DNA of 64,000 bases from the human T2T-CHM13v2.0 reference genome, Homo sapiens (GCF_009914755.1 NC_060926.1); one strand, 5' to 3'. Positions 1-16,251 are shown, counted from the first letter of the stretch. The notes: generated by a model not told the origin, from the letters alone. Translations and numbers: made by a program.

Positions 1-740
1 CTATATAATGGTACATTTGAAATATTGGTAACAAAAGGCTAGACCCAGACACGAACCAAATGGAAAGACTTGTACCATCCTAGTTCTATTTCTTGTCTCT
101 ATACTACCAAACTAGCAAAGTGATTCTGATAGAAGAGGTCTACAGAACACACTGCCTCAGGAGGTCTGAGATAACACTGGTTAACATCAAAAAACATCTC
201 TTATGAGCTTCTTCAATTAGCTTTCTTCATTACCAAGCAAACCTGCTACTGTCTTCACATGTTGTTCTTAAACTTTTCCCAGTTTGATGGAATATTAGTT
301 AATCCTATGATTAGGCCTAGTACTTTTGGAAAAAAAAAGATCTACCTATTACATGGGCTGGTTAAATCCAGATGGGGGTATTCCCCAGCACTGGTTCTAT
401 TAACTTCTATGGGGCAGTTAAATAATGTTTTAAGTAGTGTACTTGTCCTTCCTATCAGTATCAGCAGACTAAAGAGGGCCAGCCAACTTATTCTTGACGG
501 GTACAGAACCAGGAGTTGCAAATTCAAAAGCCTTCACTAGGCAGGAAAAAGAGATGTATGCAGCTTCCCAGCAGAGGTCCACAGGAGAGAGGAAAACAAA
601 CTGCAGTGTGTCTGGTGATTATAAAGTTCATTCTAGGTATAAGGAACCGGAGCTAGGTATTCATTCACGGAGCTCACAGTCTTGTTCTGAAGATTAGAAA
701 AGTCAATTATGAAAAGAATGAATACTTAAGAAAAAAATGG

Positions 741-1054
741 GGCTGGGTGCAGTGGCTCATGCCTGTAATCCCAGCACTTTGGGAGGTCAAGTTGGGAAGA
801 TCAATTGAGTGCAAGAGTTTGACACCAGCCTGGGCAACATAGTGGGACCCCATCTCTACAAAAAATTTAAAAATTAGCCAGGTGTGGGTGGCCCATGGTG
901 CATACCCATCATCCCACCTAGTCAGGAGGCTGAGGTGGGAGGATCACTTGAGCCCAGGAAGTCGAGGCTGCAGTGAGCTGTGTTTGTGCACACTTCAGCC
1001 TGGGTGACAGAGGGAGACCCCGTCTCAATAAAAATAAAAAAAGATAATAAAAAA
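741..1054 (+). mobile_element. Alu (AluJ-like)
   Basis: Dimeric Alu with A-rich linker and tail; J-type gaggatcacttgagcccagga. Confidence 0.92.
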
Positions 1055-1169
1055 GCCCAAATGTTTTTTAGCCTAAGTAAATTCTGCAGTGTAGAGGAGT
1101 AGTCAGGGAACTTTATAGATGAGCCACAAATTAAGGGGTCCTCGAATTTTAATAGGAAGGATTGTAGAC

Positions 1170-1560
1170 AAGGGAAAAACAGTCCCAAGCAAATTGCAGA
1201 AAACAGTTCAGAAGAGTAAACAACTAGGTTTGTGTAGGGAGTAGTGGGAGATGAGGCTAGAAGGTAAGCATGGACCATATCACAGATAACTATGCCTGTA
1301 AGGTGGTTAAAGAGAAGTGTTTGGGAGCACCATAAATGAAAGTAATGTTTCCTGAAGATAGATTTGGCAGTAGTGACTAGGAAGGACCAGAAAAGAGTTT
1401 AACAGGTAAGACAGTTAAAAAGATATTTTAGTGGTTTGACAATGAGGCCACTGGGGCCTATGTAAGTGCTATGCCTGGGAACTATACAGAAGACACAGAT
1501 AAAAGTATAAAAAGAAGAGTGCTCAAAAAACTGGTAACTAGTTGAATTTGGAAGATGAAT
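1170..1560 (-). mobile_element. L2 LINE fragment (degenerate)
   Basis: Purine-rich sequence resembling antisense L2 (gtagtgggagatgaggctagaaggtaag). Confidence 0.5.
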
Positions 1561-1641
1561 GGGAGATGTACTAAAAAGATAAGTTGCAAGAGACAGACTG
1601 ATTTGGGATGAGAAAGATGTTTAGGCTTAAAACACATAGCC

Positions 1642-1672
<31 letters not shown>

Positions 1673-1674
1673 AC

Positions 1675-1942
1675 CTTCACCAGAAATTTCTCTCCATGGA
1701 TTTGGTGGGTACATAAATGCAGCATTTTGGATTTGGTCATTTATATCTTCATCCTCATTAAAAGGAAATGTGCCACTGAGGCTCACATAGATGATAACTC
1801 CCACTGACCACATATCTAGGGAACGGTTGTAACCTTTGCTCCGGAGAACTTCAGGGGCTAAGTATGCTGGAGTTCCTACCACAGATCTCCTGAATGACTT
1901 TTCACCAATGATGCGTGCAAATCCAAAGTCACACAGCTTCAC
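1675..1942 (-). CDS. PRKD3: PRKD3 coding exon 16 ([31 protein letters not shown]...EISGE; activation loop S731/S735)
   Basis: CAG|GTGAAG acceptor, AAG|GTAAAA donor, 268 nt; DFG and APE motifs; CDS continues outside the window. Confidence 0.98.
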
Positions 1943-2396
1943 CTGGAAATTGAAGGATGATGTTAATTTTGTATTATAGTGTTATATATGTAACTACCTG
2001 TCCCTAAATATAACACTGTATGTATCATTTCAACATACTTGCCAGCTCTACTGATTATGAATATTAATCACAGATAAGGAAATTGTAAAATATCCTTTTC
2101 TCAAAAGGCAGACACATTTATAGCCCTGTGATCCTGACTGACACAGTATGAAGAGCTTTCCTAGTACATATTTCAAAAGTTCTAGCTTCCAGAATACCAA
2201 ATACCAGACTGGTGTTATAAGTGTTCTGATTTCTTATGAAATAGAGTATGCTGCTTTCTATCATTTGTCTTGTAAGATCACTCTTCCATCATCTGTGAGC
2301 AGGAATTGTTTCATTTCTGAATCCTTAGTGGCCTCACAGTGCCTGGACACATAAAGGTACTCAATGTTTGCTGAAGGAAAAATAAGTTACAGTATT

Positions 2397-2701
<305 letters not shown>

Positions 2702-4563
2702 AAGTTACAGTATTTAAAAACATCCCTTGTTTTGCTTAATCCTAGAATCTCTTTTCCTAAGGATGTTATAAACTGGCAAGTAAATAAAACTGAGGTGTAT
2801 TAAAGGTAATTTTAAATGGGGACACCAGTGGAATAATGCTGGAGACTGCCCCAGTGAGTAACAGCAACACTTTTCTATCACTGTGGAACAAATTATTTCT
2901 AGTTAGATGTTTAGATTTGAAAACAGTTATATGTAAAGGGAGCCATAGTCACTACCACATCCTCTCAAAAGAGAGTTCTAGAAGTTGATGAGCTTGGCAG
3001 AACTCAGAACACTTATCTTGCTGCCCAGATTTTTCTAGAGGCTCAAATCTGGGGGATTAATGACCACATCCATGCTGAACTAGCAAATGCCAGGTACTTT
3101 CTGGAGGAAATGCTCTGACTTAAAAAATGTCTTTAGCAAAAGCATTAATATAAATTGAGAGGAAAAAGATTTAAGCTGTAGAAAACAGTGGTACAAACAG
3201 TGCCTAGAAAACGAAGTGAAGTTATCAAATGCTGCTATTTCTGGGATGGTGGACTCTGACACATATTTTTATGAATGATATTTGCTCAAAATCATTACTG
3301 AATCTGGCTGCTTCTCGATTTCAGTGTCTTTGAAGAGTACGAATACTGAGCCTGAAGAAATACAAACTCTTTTTTTGTTGTTAAATGCCAGATTTCAGCT
3401 AACATCTTGATAAGGTAAAGATGACTTGGAAGTTTGGCAACTGATTAAAGAAGTGGAGCCATGGCTAACACTTGAGCATAAAAAGCGTATCAAGTAAATC
3501 ACATTATTTTCCCTTTGCTTCTCATTGGAACACTGTGGATCACTAAAATAGAGGTCAGAAAGTGGGAGTTTTAATGTTACCAGTAGGAGTGTGCATCTTT
3601 TGTCTACTATTTTGAAGATCAAATGAGATAATATATGGAAGCAGTTTATTTAAAACATTGCACCAACTATCAGGCAACCCTTTCGACCTCAAAATGATAG
3701 GGAATCACTTTTAACCACATAAACATAAAAAGAATATGATTACTACTTTAAAAGCTGAACGATTTTTAATATATCTTTTTATTTGAAAAGACAATTTGAG
3801 TTATATTTACCAAGTGAAAACACCTATCTGTTGTCCTTAGTCTTGCCATTTGTCTAAATGTACATGTTTCAAATGTATATAAACAATAGTTTGGCAACAG
3901 ATATTTGAGCTGATCGGAGGAATCATCCTTGCCAATTATGGAAAATGGCTGCAGGGTACCACCACCACCACTTATTTCTCAGGATGGTTGTTTCAGAATT
4001 TGGGTTATGATCCATTTCATAGGTCATGCAATAAATTTAGTGGATCAAGATGAACACTTGGAAAAAAAAAAACTCAACTGAATTAAGAAAAATCAGAGAG
4101 TGCTACATGTAGCCAGGACACAGAAGCACGATGCCATTGTGTGTATGTGTGGTGATGAGAAATGTTATTTTATGTAGGTTGTTTGAATACAATACTCTAC
4201 ATAGAAAAAGGAGGTGGCTGCCTGCCTCAACCAAAATCTATCTCCCATTTCCAGTAACACCCCATTTGTTTTATTTATGAGGTATTTATCCTAAGTACCA
4301 TGCACCAACCAAGGTTGATACTTGCTCACTTCGTTCCCAGCCCCTGGGGAGAGGTGAATTGCAGAATCTATGTGCAGTTAAATCTTAAAAAGTCTTGAAT
4401 ATAAACAGTATAACTAATAACATCTGAATTCATTTAGTTATTAATCCTCACTGGTAGTTACAGGCTAAAAACTATTTTTGTAAGGTGGTATGCATTTTTA
4501 ACCAACAGTACTTAGTACACTGCCTTTTATTATGTGGGTGCTTTGAAAATGTTGCCAGAATCA

Positions 4564-4692
<129 letters not shown>

Positions 4693-4890
4693 TTATGAAA
4701 AAAGATTTTCTTTTCAATGTCTGGAAAATCACAAGTAAACCTCATGTGACTCCTTGAATGATTTAATTTGAAAACTCCACTATAGTTCATCAAGACTTAG
4801 CTAAAAGTGTGTTATTCTGCTCCTTAAGGTTAACAATTCCCACAATCACCCAACATGTAAAAGTACTGCTATTTAATTATTTTAGTTTTT

Positions 4891-5185
4891 AGCTGGATAC
4901 AGTGGCTCATGCCTGTAATCCCAGCACTTTGGGAGACCTAGGCAGGTGGATCACTTGAGGCAAGGAGTTCGAGACCAGCCTGGCCAACACGGTGAAACCC
5001 CAGCTCTACTAAAAATACAAAAATTAGCCAGGCGTGGTGGCACACATCTGCAATCCTAGATACTTGGGAGGCTGAGGCATGAGAATCACTTGAATCCAGG
5101 AGGCAGAGGTTGCAGTGAGCCAGATTGCACCACTGCACTCCAGCCCAGGTGACAGAGTAAGACTCTTGTCTTAAAAAAAAAAAAA
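4891..5185 (+). mobile_element. Alu (AluS)
   Basis: Full dimer, TSD ttagttttt, ends about 45 nt from the exon 14 donor. Confidence 0.93.
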
Positions 5186-5230
5186 TTAGTTTTTAATCGC
5201 TAGTTTAAAAAAAAAAAGGAGTTAAAATAC

Positions 5231-5392
5231 CTGTGTGACCATGAATTTAGTAATTCGTTCTGGAAGCCGACTTTTCTCACTGGATAGAATCATTTCCAAC
5301 ATATCTCCATGCAGCTTTTCCATTACTACAAAGACTCGTTCTGGGGTTTCAAACATACATTCCAGGTTTACAATCCCAGGATGGTGCAAATT
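5231..5392 (-). CDS. PRKD3: PRKD3 coding exon 14 ([18 protein letters not shown]...FMVTQ; kinase)
   Basis: CAG|AATTTG acceptor, CAG|GTATTT donor, 162 nt. Confidence 0.97.
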
Positions 5393-6160
5393 CTGAAGAG
5401 AGGTTGCAAGATACATGAGCAACTTAAGCAGAGAAACAGTTTTACTAATATCTAGATGTGCTATGATTGTCTGAAATGGCACAGAAAGAAAGCCTAGAGA
5501 AGTAAACAAAGCAAACAAAATAAAAATTACAATCAATGAAAAGGATCTTAGGTTTTAATTCTCCAAGTTGTGTACTGGAGAGTAGCCACACTGAGGGGAT
5601 AGAATGTTCTCCTAATTTGATTATATAATCACTCTTGTCCATTACTACTACTTTTCCTTCCTTCTCACTTGAAAAATCTGACACTGCTCTAATTTCATGC
5701 TTTCCCTGAATAGGCACCAACTGCCCATAAATTTTTAGTCAATTACACAGAAACCTTTGACTCTTGGGGGCTGTATTTGTGATGGTATTTGCTTAAGAGT
5801 TTTATTTCTAAGGTAGTTATTTATCTAAGTCTTGATTCTTATAATATTATAATCATTAATTCCCTTTTTTTAGGCTCAACATCTCTACCCACATTATCAT
5901 GTTTCTTGATCACAACTAGGTTACAAGGGTTGGAGATACACAAAGATGAATGCCATACTATTTATGCTTATAAAAAAGCAATTTATCTTTTGTTCTACTA
6001 CAGAAAATCCTTCCTCAAAAACAAATTCATGAAGTCAGCCTTGCTCAAACACCTTCAGTGGCTCTTTATTTCTGGACATAAATCTAAATTCCTTTGTCAA
6101 CATTTTGAGATCTTCAATAACCTGGTTTCAGTCTTCCAATTTAATCTTAAATATGTTCTA

Positions 6161-6801
<641 letters not shown>

Positions 6802-6803
6802 CC

Positions 6804-7149
6804 CAGACGGTCCCCAACTTAACAATGGTTCAACTTACAATTTTTCAACTGTAGAATGGTACAAAAGTGGTATGCATTCATTCAGTAAAAAACGTATTTT
6901 GAATACCTGCACAACCATTCCGTTTTTTTGAGTATTCATAAATTACATAAGATATTCAACACATTAGTGTAAAATGGTCTTTGTGTTAGATGATTTTGCC
7001 CAACTGTAGGCTAATGTAAGCGACTGTGCTTAAGGTAGGCTACACGGGGCTAAGTTGTGTTCAGGAGGTATTTTTATCTACTTAGTTATTTTCAAACTTA
7101 AGATGGGTTTATGGAGATATGACCCCGTCGCAAAATGAGGAGCATCCTG
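6804..7149. mobile_element. MER47A-like TcMar-Tigger MITE
   Basis: Termini cagacggtccccaactta ... tgaggagcatcctg followed by TA; internal sequence resembles MER47A. Confidence 0.75.
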
Positions 7150-7799
7150 TACATTTTTCTTTAGCTTTTTTCCTTAATATGGCTAGCTGATTATGCTAGG
7201 GGGACTCACATGTTTTTGGCCTATGTGAGGCTGAGTTCCATGTCTAAGATGTTTCTTGAAGCCTTAATTTTAGCCCACATTCTCTCTCTTTGGGACTACT
7301 GCAATAGTTTCCACTGTATTGTAATAATGTGTGTATTCTACTCCATTGTTTAATAAACTCTCTGAGGCACAGATTGTTTCAGTTATTTTAGCTCAATATC
7401 TGCATCATAGTAGGTGTTTTCAAAAATGTTTAGAAAGTGAAATAACAACAAATGCAAAATAGACTTGTTTGCTAATCATTTTAAACCAATTTTATGAGAT
7501 CGTTTTCCAAGCAGCAAAATACAAAATGACAACATTTTATAGTAGATAAATGAAACTCAAATACCCCATAGTGGTGGGGTGTGACAATGGCAATAAGCAG
7601 TGTAAGATTCAGAATATTATAACTTTTATCAACAGAGGTTGAAATGTGACTGTTTTGCTAGGCCATAGTTGGCTGGCTCTATGCTTTTTCCCCCCTGCCC
7701 TCCTTTAAAAACACGTGGACACACAAAAATAGAAGTATGCTATAACATTATTTTTCTCCCTTAACAACTTCCTCTATTGGTTTACATTTTCTATTTCCT

Positions 7800-8690
7800 C
7801 TGGAGTATGTTTTAGTAAGTTATACTTTCATTGAGAATTACCCATTTTCTCCAAGTTTCCAAATTTATCTGATAGAGATGAGCAAAGTATCCTAAGATTC
7901 CTTCCCCCCCCCGTATTTGTGGTTATCTCCCTAAGATCATTTTGTATATTCTTCTTTGCTTAGGATGGCCATTTTATTTTTACATACCTCCTCCCTTCCC
8001 CCACACAGCAAACCAGCTTTTGGCTTTATTATTTCTTTTCTGTATTTATTAATTTTCATTTTTGATCTGTTATTCCTTTCTGCTTTCTTTAGGTTTATTT
8101 TATTGTTCATTCTTCAACTCCTTGAGTTAGATTCTTAATTCACTTATTTTCATTCTTTCTTGCTTAATATTTGAGGTTATAAAGCTTTTTCTGAAAGACA
8201 GTACAAAGGCGCTGATATATATGCAGTATTTTCAGGTTTTCTAAATATTCTGAAATTTTGATTTCGCTCTTTGATTCAAAAATTAGTATTTTAAAGTTTT
8301 CATGTAGGAGCTTGTTTTCTGATTTTGTAATTTATTTCTGCTTTAATGCATTGAGATCAAAGAATACTGTTTATACGACTGCTTTTTTGAATTAATGAGG
8401 CATTCTTTGTTTTTAGGGTACAGAGGTCAGTATAATCTGCTTAGATCTACCTTACTATGTTTAGACCTTGTACGTTCTTAATTATTTTTGTCTACTCCAT
8501 TTCTCATGGACTACTGATGTGTTTGTCTGTTTCTCCTTGTTTTTAGTTTTTCTTTATAAATGTTTATGGTGTTATTTGGTGTAGTATGATTTTCACTCTT
8601 CCACTGTTAAAGTGGCCTTCTTTCATTTCATTTAATGTGTTTTCCCTTGAGTTAAATCTTATCAGATCATGACCCTCAAATGGCTTTTTG
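7800..8690 (-). mobile_element. Old L1M fragment
   Basis: T-rich, highly diverged antisense L1 ORF2-like sequence. Confidence 0.55.
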
Positions 8691-9304
8691 TTTGGAGAAG
8701 GGACCTTTGGAGGACATAAGGGCTGCAGATTTCAGAAAGAATCAGCAAAAACAGTTGTGTTGTCTCTTCCTGAAGAGACATGCACCTCTGCTTCATCTTC
8801 ACTGTTGTTGGAAATCTACATGATTTTATAGTTTTGAATTCTCATCTTTTTTTTAAAGTATGCTCACTTCTGTTAATCATTTTTCTTATAGCTTTGCGGT
8901 AGCTTCCAAGATGAGAACGGGAAAATGCTGAATTTACACCACAATGTTCAAACCAGAAATTTCCCTCTAGGTTTTTGATAACGTTTTCTAATTACATAGG
9001 TACCTACAAGAACACCACACCTTTTCTCCCACTACTCTACTACCCTCTTCAGGCAAGACAGCAAAAGAAACATTTTACATTACCACATAATCTAGGAAAC
9101 AAAAGGAACCTCCCCTCCCCAATTTTTTTCCTGCTCTACAACATCCTCCCTAGATGTGGCCAGGTTGACAGTTTATGTAGGCATGGCTCTTTTTCTGTGT
9201 AACTGTATATAGACATACATAATGTACACATTACTTTAAAAAGTTAAAGGGAGTCATTCCAAAGTTTTTTTCAATCTAACAATGTATTGTAATTTCCCAC
9301 ATAA

Positions 9305-9735
9305 TACATTTATTCATTAAATATTAAATAAGAATTTGCCGTGTACCCAGTACTATGTGGGTATTCTGGATTCATTATTAAACAAAACTTGACAAAGATG
9401 CCTTGTCTCGCAGAGCTTATAAATTGCAGCAAGGTGAGACAGACAATGGGAAATAAAATAGTAAATTACCTAGTATGAAGGTGATAAGTGCCATGGAGAA
9501 AAGAAAAAGAGTTAAGGTAGGGGAGTGGAGGGGTGGGAGGGTGGGTTTAATGCTGAATAGAATGTGGAGGCTTCATTGAGGAAATGATATTTGGGCAAAA
9601 TCCTGACGGAGACAAGGGAGTATGACATGCAGATATTTGAGGGAGAAAGCATTCCAGGCAGAGGAAACAGCTAATGCAAAGCCTTTTGAGACAGAAGCAT
9701 GTCTGGCATGTTTGAGATATAGCAAGAAAGTCAAC
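9305..9735 (-). mobile_element. L2 LINE 3' fragment
   Basis: Begins catttattcatt, then agagcttata, gagacagacaat, agcattccaggcagaggaaacagc, typical of antisense L2a. Confidence 0.75.
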
Positions 9736-10496
9736 ATGGCTATTTTTGGGGGGGAAAAAAAAAGACTCAATTTGTTGTGTATATTGTCTGCAGTGGGATC
9801 TTTTTCAAGTGATTTTGATTCACTTTCATAAAGAATAATCACAGGTATCTAAAAATGGGATGTGCTCATTTCTGTTAAACAGAATTACAAAGCCTGTCAC
9901 CAAGAGCTCAAGAGATTGGATACTCCGGGATAAACTGTAAGGTCACTTCTAAATCAGTGATCCTGTGATTTTTCCTCCTTGCCACCGGAAAGGCCAAAGC
10001 TGTAGTCTTAATAATAATATGCGCAATCTTCACCCCATCTTTTCTCTAAGTATGTGGGCATGGGAAAGAAAAGCTATGGACGCCTCTAGGGATGCAGGTA
10101 AAGGTATCAACAGCAGGATGAACTACAGGAGTTCAGACAGCCTTTCAGGTTTGGGTGATGAGGGAGGACTACAGGTAAGAATGACACGGGGCAAAGATGG
10201 AAAAGGAAAGATGATACAGTTGGATGGGGAAGAGGAGAGCCAAAAGGTGGTGTGAGTGCGTTTAACAGTGTAGTAGGTTACTTCCAACCCATGTGAAAAA
10301 GTTTAGCTGTGATGCTCACATAACTAAATCTTATGAAACTAATTTCAGTAAATGAGGTGTGATTTTTAAAAAGATTCCTTTTAAGAAGTGTATTTCCTAC
10401 ATGAATTCAGATTGTACTAATAGAATATTCTAGAATATCAATATTCTATATGAATAATATTCATATACAAAGTTAGCTAAAGTTCATCTTTATACT

Positions 10497-10527
<31 letters not shown>
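10497..10527. repeat. (CA)n microsatellite, interrupted
   Basis: acacacac...aaacacacacac. Confidence 0.9.
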
Positions 10528-11335
10528 GAGTGGGTCAGTCCAATGATGTAAAGTAGAAAGTGCATATGGTTTGCAGACAGACTTAGATTCAAACTCTGAA
10601 TCTGCCTTCCTGCTGGGTGATGTTGAGAAAAAGTACTTAAGTATAAATGCTGACACCACAAGGAAAGCCAAATATAAAAGTATAAATATCTGACATAAAC
10701 AATTTGAAGAGAATCTACAACAAAGATAGTCTTGTATTAAATTTAGTATGAAAATAGCATAGAGACATCCTACAATCTATTCCCAGTTTGGGCAATATTG
10801 ATGAAAGTAACCAAAATGATATAATAATGAAGTTTTTCATACTGTGCATTACCTGGTTATTCCTAAATTTAGTTATTATGATCCATAGCTGATAAGAGGA
10901 AAAAAGCTTCAGTGCTTACTCAGAGCTGTGTTTGTGATCAAGAAGAAATCAATCCATAGGAATATATCCTTAATTTTTATTGTTTCGCTTACTAGTTGGA
11001 CAATGAGGGTTCCAAAATTAGATACGCAAAAATACCTGACAACATATTCATACTATTCATATTCAACAGAGTATGAATGCTATTAATATTCTATTTAAAG
11101 GTAGCTTTATAGGAGGAGACAGCCTTGATATGACCACAGGTACCTACTTGACCACAAGCTTTTTGATTATCATGCCTCTGAAAAAGTGAGGTAAATGTTA
11201 CTATTAGCAACAAGTAACATAATAAATGTAAAATGAATCATTTAAGTTTCTTACCTTCTTCAAGGAAACTCAAGTTCAGAAGGAGGCTGTCTTGAATTTC
11301 ACCCAAAGCAAATGGGGCTCTGACAGCATTAACCA

Positions 11336-11795
<460 letters not shown>

Positions 11796-12407
11796 AGAAT
11801 GAGCTATTATACGACCATGATTTCTTTAATAATATGCAAAAACTATATAACGTACATTTGCATATTATAAATTATTTATATGATATTCAGAAAGTGATCC
11901 AAGGATCAAGCTAAATTTTAATCTTCTAGATGACCGCCCCCAAGGGGTAAAAATGCTAGATGAAAAACACATAGGAATTTATGGAATTGAAATCATTGCC
12001 AATATATCTTTAAAATACGCCCCAATCGACTAAGCCATTACAAAATTAGAGTTTTTAATTAATGAAATAAGTGCTGTTAAAAGGTACATAATTTTAAAGC
12101 AATCTTTACTTGCACAGTAATTGCTATGACAAGCATGTCACCTGTGAAAACTGGATGGGTAAAACAGCAACCTTCTGACAAAATGTGGCAAAGTATCCTA
12201 AGTATTTTAAGCTCCTGGAATGAATTAAGAATGAAATTTTACTTTTTTAAAAAAGATTTTACTCACGAAAATGTGTTCTAAAACTACTACCATAAAGCAA
12301 GATATTGGCAGTCCCTATAATGCCTATATTACCATAATCTAATTTTGCCTTCTTAAAAAAAAAAAAAAAAGAGAAGCAGTTAATTCAGATTCTTACCAGC
12401 CTCTTTA

Positions 12408-12590
<183 letters not shown>

Positions 12591-13424
12591 TTATTAGGGA
12601 GTTGTCCACAGACTGAAATTTATATGTATTTACTCTTGAATTTTCTTTTTGGCTCATTTTTGTTCTTTCTCCACACTCCTTCACTCACCTTTAATTTAGG
12701 AAAAAATTGTTTTCCCCTCCATACATAATATTTGCCCCTAATAAAGTCAGCTGCATTATCTAAACAGGAGAAAATTTGAATGAACTTGTTGCTGAAAAGT
12801 AATCTACCTTGTTAAATCAATGATAGTTAATTACCCTGACCTAGTCCTTCAGAGACTCTGTCAAGATGGAAATACTGTATGAATGAATCAATTTTATTCT
12901 AGATTCAATGAGTCAGCACAGAGTGATTTAACCATGTACCCACAAACTCTGGGTGTCTCTATATTCTAGAATCTAGATATAAAAAATTTATATTTGTCTC
13001 TATATTCTAGAATCTAGATATTAAAAAAAGGTAGAAGTTTATTATAATGAACAGTCATTCCCTCATTTATTAATTCAAATTAACTAGTTATACCTATTAT
13101 GTACTAGGTATGCCTTTAGATGCTACAGATTAAGCAGTGAAAATGACAGGTATATTTTTGGTATTTGTTCTTCAAATATGTATCTGACTTGCTCTTCTCT
13201 ACATAGCTATTTATTTTAGATTAACTCATTTGTCTCAATGGCACAATCGTAAGTCTACTTGAAAAGACTGAACAAATGTGTGCATTTTTGGTAAGAAGCC
13301 AAAGGTACCTCGGACAGTTCTTTGTTCCTCTGATGACAGGAAGTCCTCCAGAGATGTAACTACTCTTAAAACTGACAAATCTGAAGTTGCAAACCATAGA
13401 TATTATATATGCATGCAGAGTCAA

Positions 13425-14040
13425 CACATTTTCTAGGCGACTGCTTTATGTCACAATACTAGGTGCTAGGAATACAAAGAAGATCCAGACATCTCACAGC
13501 CAACGCTCCAATAAAGTTCAGTGGGAAGACAATAATGTAAACCCAAAGGGTAATAGATATTGTGAGAGAAGTATGTTGGGTAGCAGGAGTACCAAAGGGG
13601 AACCATGTTTTTATTTGATGGAGAAATAGGTACGGGGACAAGAAATTTCCACAGAGAAAGCCCTTTAGTTGAGCCCTGAAGTATGAAAAAATGTGCACTA
13701 GAAGAGACAAAGGGATGGAGAAGGAGCAGAGAGGCAAAGGGTATGGAGGCATGTAAACAGGACTGAAAGATAGAAAGCAAAGAGGAAGCTGCAATTAGAT
13801 CTGAGGCTAGAGAAGCAGGGATAAATTACAGCAGCCTTGAAATCCTCTGCTAAGAAAACTGGCTATGAATCTGTAGATGACTGTGAACCACTTAAGGGTT
13901 CTATGTGAGGTAATACTAATATCAGATGTGAATTTTCTGAAAGATTGACTCTAAGAGTTGTATGAAAAGAAGGTAAGAATGGAGGCAGAACAGCCAACTA
14001 GGAAACTACTGTACCAAGTCTTAGCAAGGGATAACAAGGG
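13425..14040 (-). mobile_element. L2 LINE fragment
   Basis: ctaggtgctaggaatacaaag...gagccctgaag...aagattgactct, resembling antisense L2. Confidence 0.6.
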
Positions 14041-14566
14041 TTTAACATTTCTTTCTTAGTACCTTTACATATATTAAGTTTAATTAATATTTAAGCCCTA
14101 TGAGCTACACAGGTCAGGTTTTATTAGTTCCATTAAACAGTTGAAGATGCTAACGCACAGTAAGGTTAAATGACTTCATCAATATCCTAAATCGCAAAGT
14201 TGGATTTCAGGTTCAGGTTTTCAGACTTAATAGAACAATCATGCCAACAGTAGACAAATGGTGCCATTTGTGTTGGAAAACTAGTAGGGAATATACTTCA
14301 ATGAATAAGCCCACTCAGCCCAACATAAACTTCAAACCATCTCCCCCCCTGCCTCCGACAAACATCTGTATGTGTGAGCTACAAGAAGAGATAAAACACA
14401 CTGTAAAATTTTCTGATTCTGTTAATTTTTAAAGTTTGCAATGACATTAAGGGAAGAATACTCAAATTACAGTGAGAAGGATTTAGCTGAAAGATAACAA
14501 GTCAGCCTTTAAAAAAAAGGCACTGGACAAAACTATGAGATGACAAAACAGCTGGCAGATGTTTTA

Positions 14567-14716
<150 letters not shown>

Positions 14717-14832
14717 TTAGTATTATTTATTTCTATAATACAATGTCAACATCTCTGACTTTCTTCATCCAAATACTTCAATACATTTTTATGTTAGAAG
14801 CAGCTAATTTCCATAAAGTGCAAACTATTTTA

Positions 14833-15249
<417 letters not shown>

Positions 15250-16251
15250 TCTTGTATTTATTAAGTAGTGATCTATAAAAGTAAATCTACCTAAAAAAAA
15301 TTAAAAATGAAATTTTACCTATTTTACCTTTAAGGAGATTTGCTCTCATTGATTTTTGGAAAAAAAAAAAAAAAAAACTCAAAAGTTCATATTACTGGGA
15401 TTAGCCTAACTTTGAGAGACTGAAGAAAAGAATATGTATGAGAGAAAGTCTGTAACTGAAATCCATTCCTCTATCTTTCCTCACTGCTCTTCGCCCCCTT
15501 CCCTTTTTTTTTCTTCTTTGTAGTATTTGTTGCTGTCAGAACTAACAGAACTAATATACTAATTTGGGATGTTTACTGTCAAAACTGCATTACAGGTGTG
15601 ACTGATGAAAGAAAAACAAAGTGGAACTTCACTTAGCAGACCCACACTTATAAAGACAAAGCCTCAGCCCTGCAGCAAAAGCCAGTGAATATGCATGTAT
15701 ATATGTTAAGTTGTAATTAAAATTTTAAGGTTTGTAAGAACCATTTTTATAAGCCTCCCCACTTTAATCTTTTTGTTTAACCAAATTTTGGTTCTAATCA
15801 GATTAGGAGGCATCCAATGCATATATAATAACTGCTAGGAAAGTGTATGTGTATGTATGTATGTGTATATATATTTGTTAAACAAAAGCCAATTCTGAAT
15901 CCTTTTCCCCCATGACATGGATGGAGATATCCTCAGTTCCCATGGGATTATTCAAAATTTGAGTGCTCATGATTTTTGATATTCCTCCTTATCTCCCCAA
16001 GAATATGCTGTCTATTCTACCTCTCAACAGGACAAGAGACTCATAGATTATATCTCTGAAATGTTCTATCTCCAATAACACTACTAGAGTCCAATCTTCA
16101 TTGCAGTCTTAGAAATCTTAACATTTACATGTTAGAGAACTATAACAGCTAAGTGCCCCAAGTAGAAAAATAGAGATTTTAATCTGAGAAATTATATATA
16201 ACAATTTAACAATTTTCTGACTTCCTTTTCTAGCCTGTTTTCTCTCTAGTC

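Noticed and set aside
259-697. Short overlapping ORFs in unique-looking sequence
   Set aside because: No similarity to the remaining PKD3 C-terminal exons or to any family I recognise
11250-11322. Strong orphan donor AAG|GTAAGA suggesting a cryptic exon
   Set aside because: No convincing polypyrimidine tract or acceptor upstream
15538-15563. Three ACTAAY (QKI/branch-point-like) motifs
   Set aside because: On the + strand, antisense to the PRKD3 transcript
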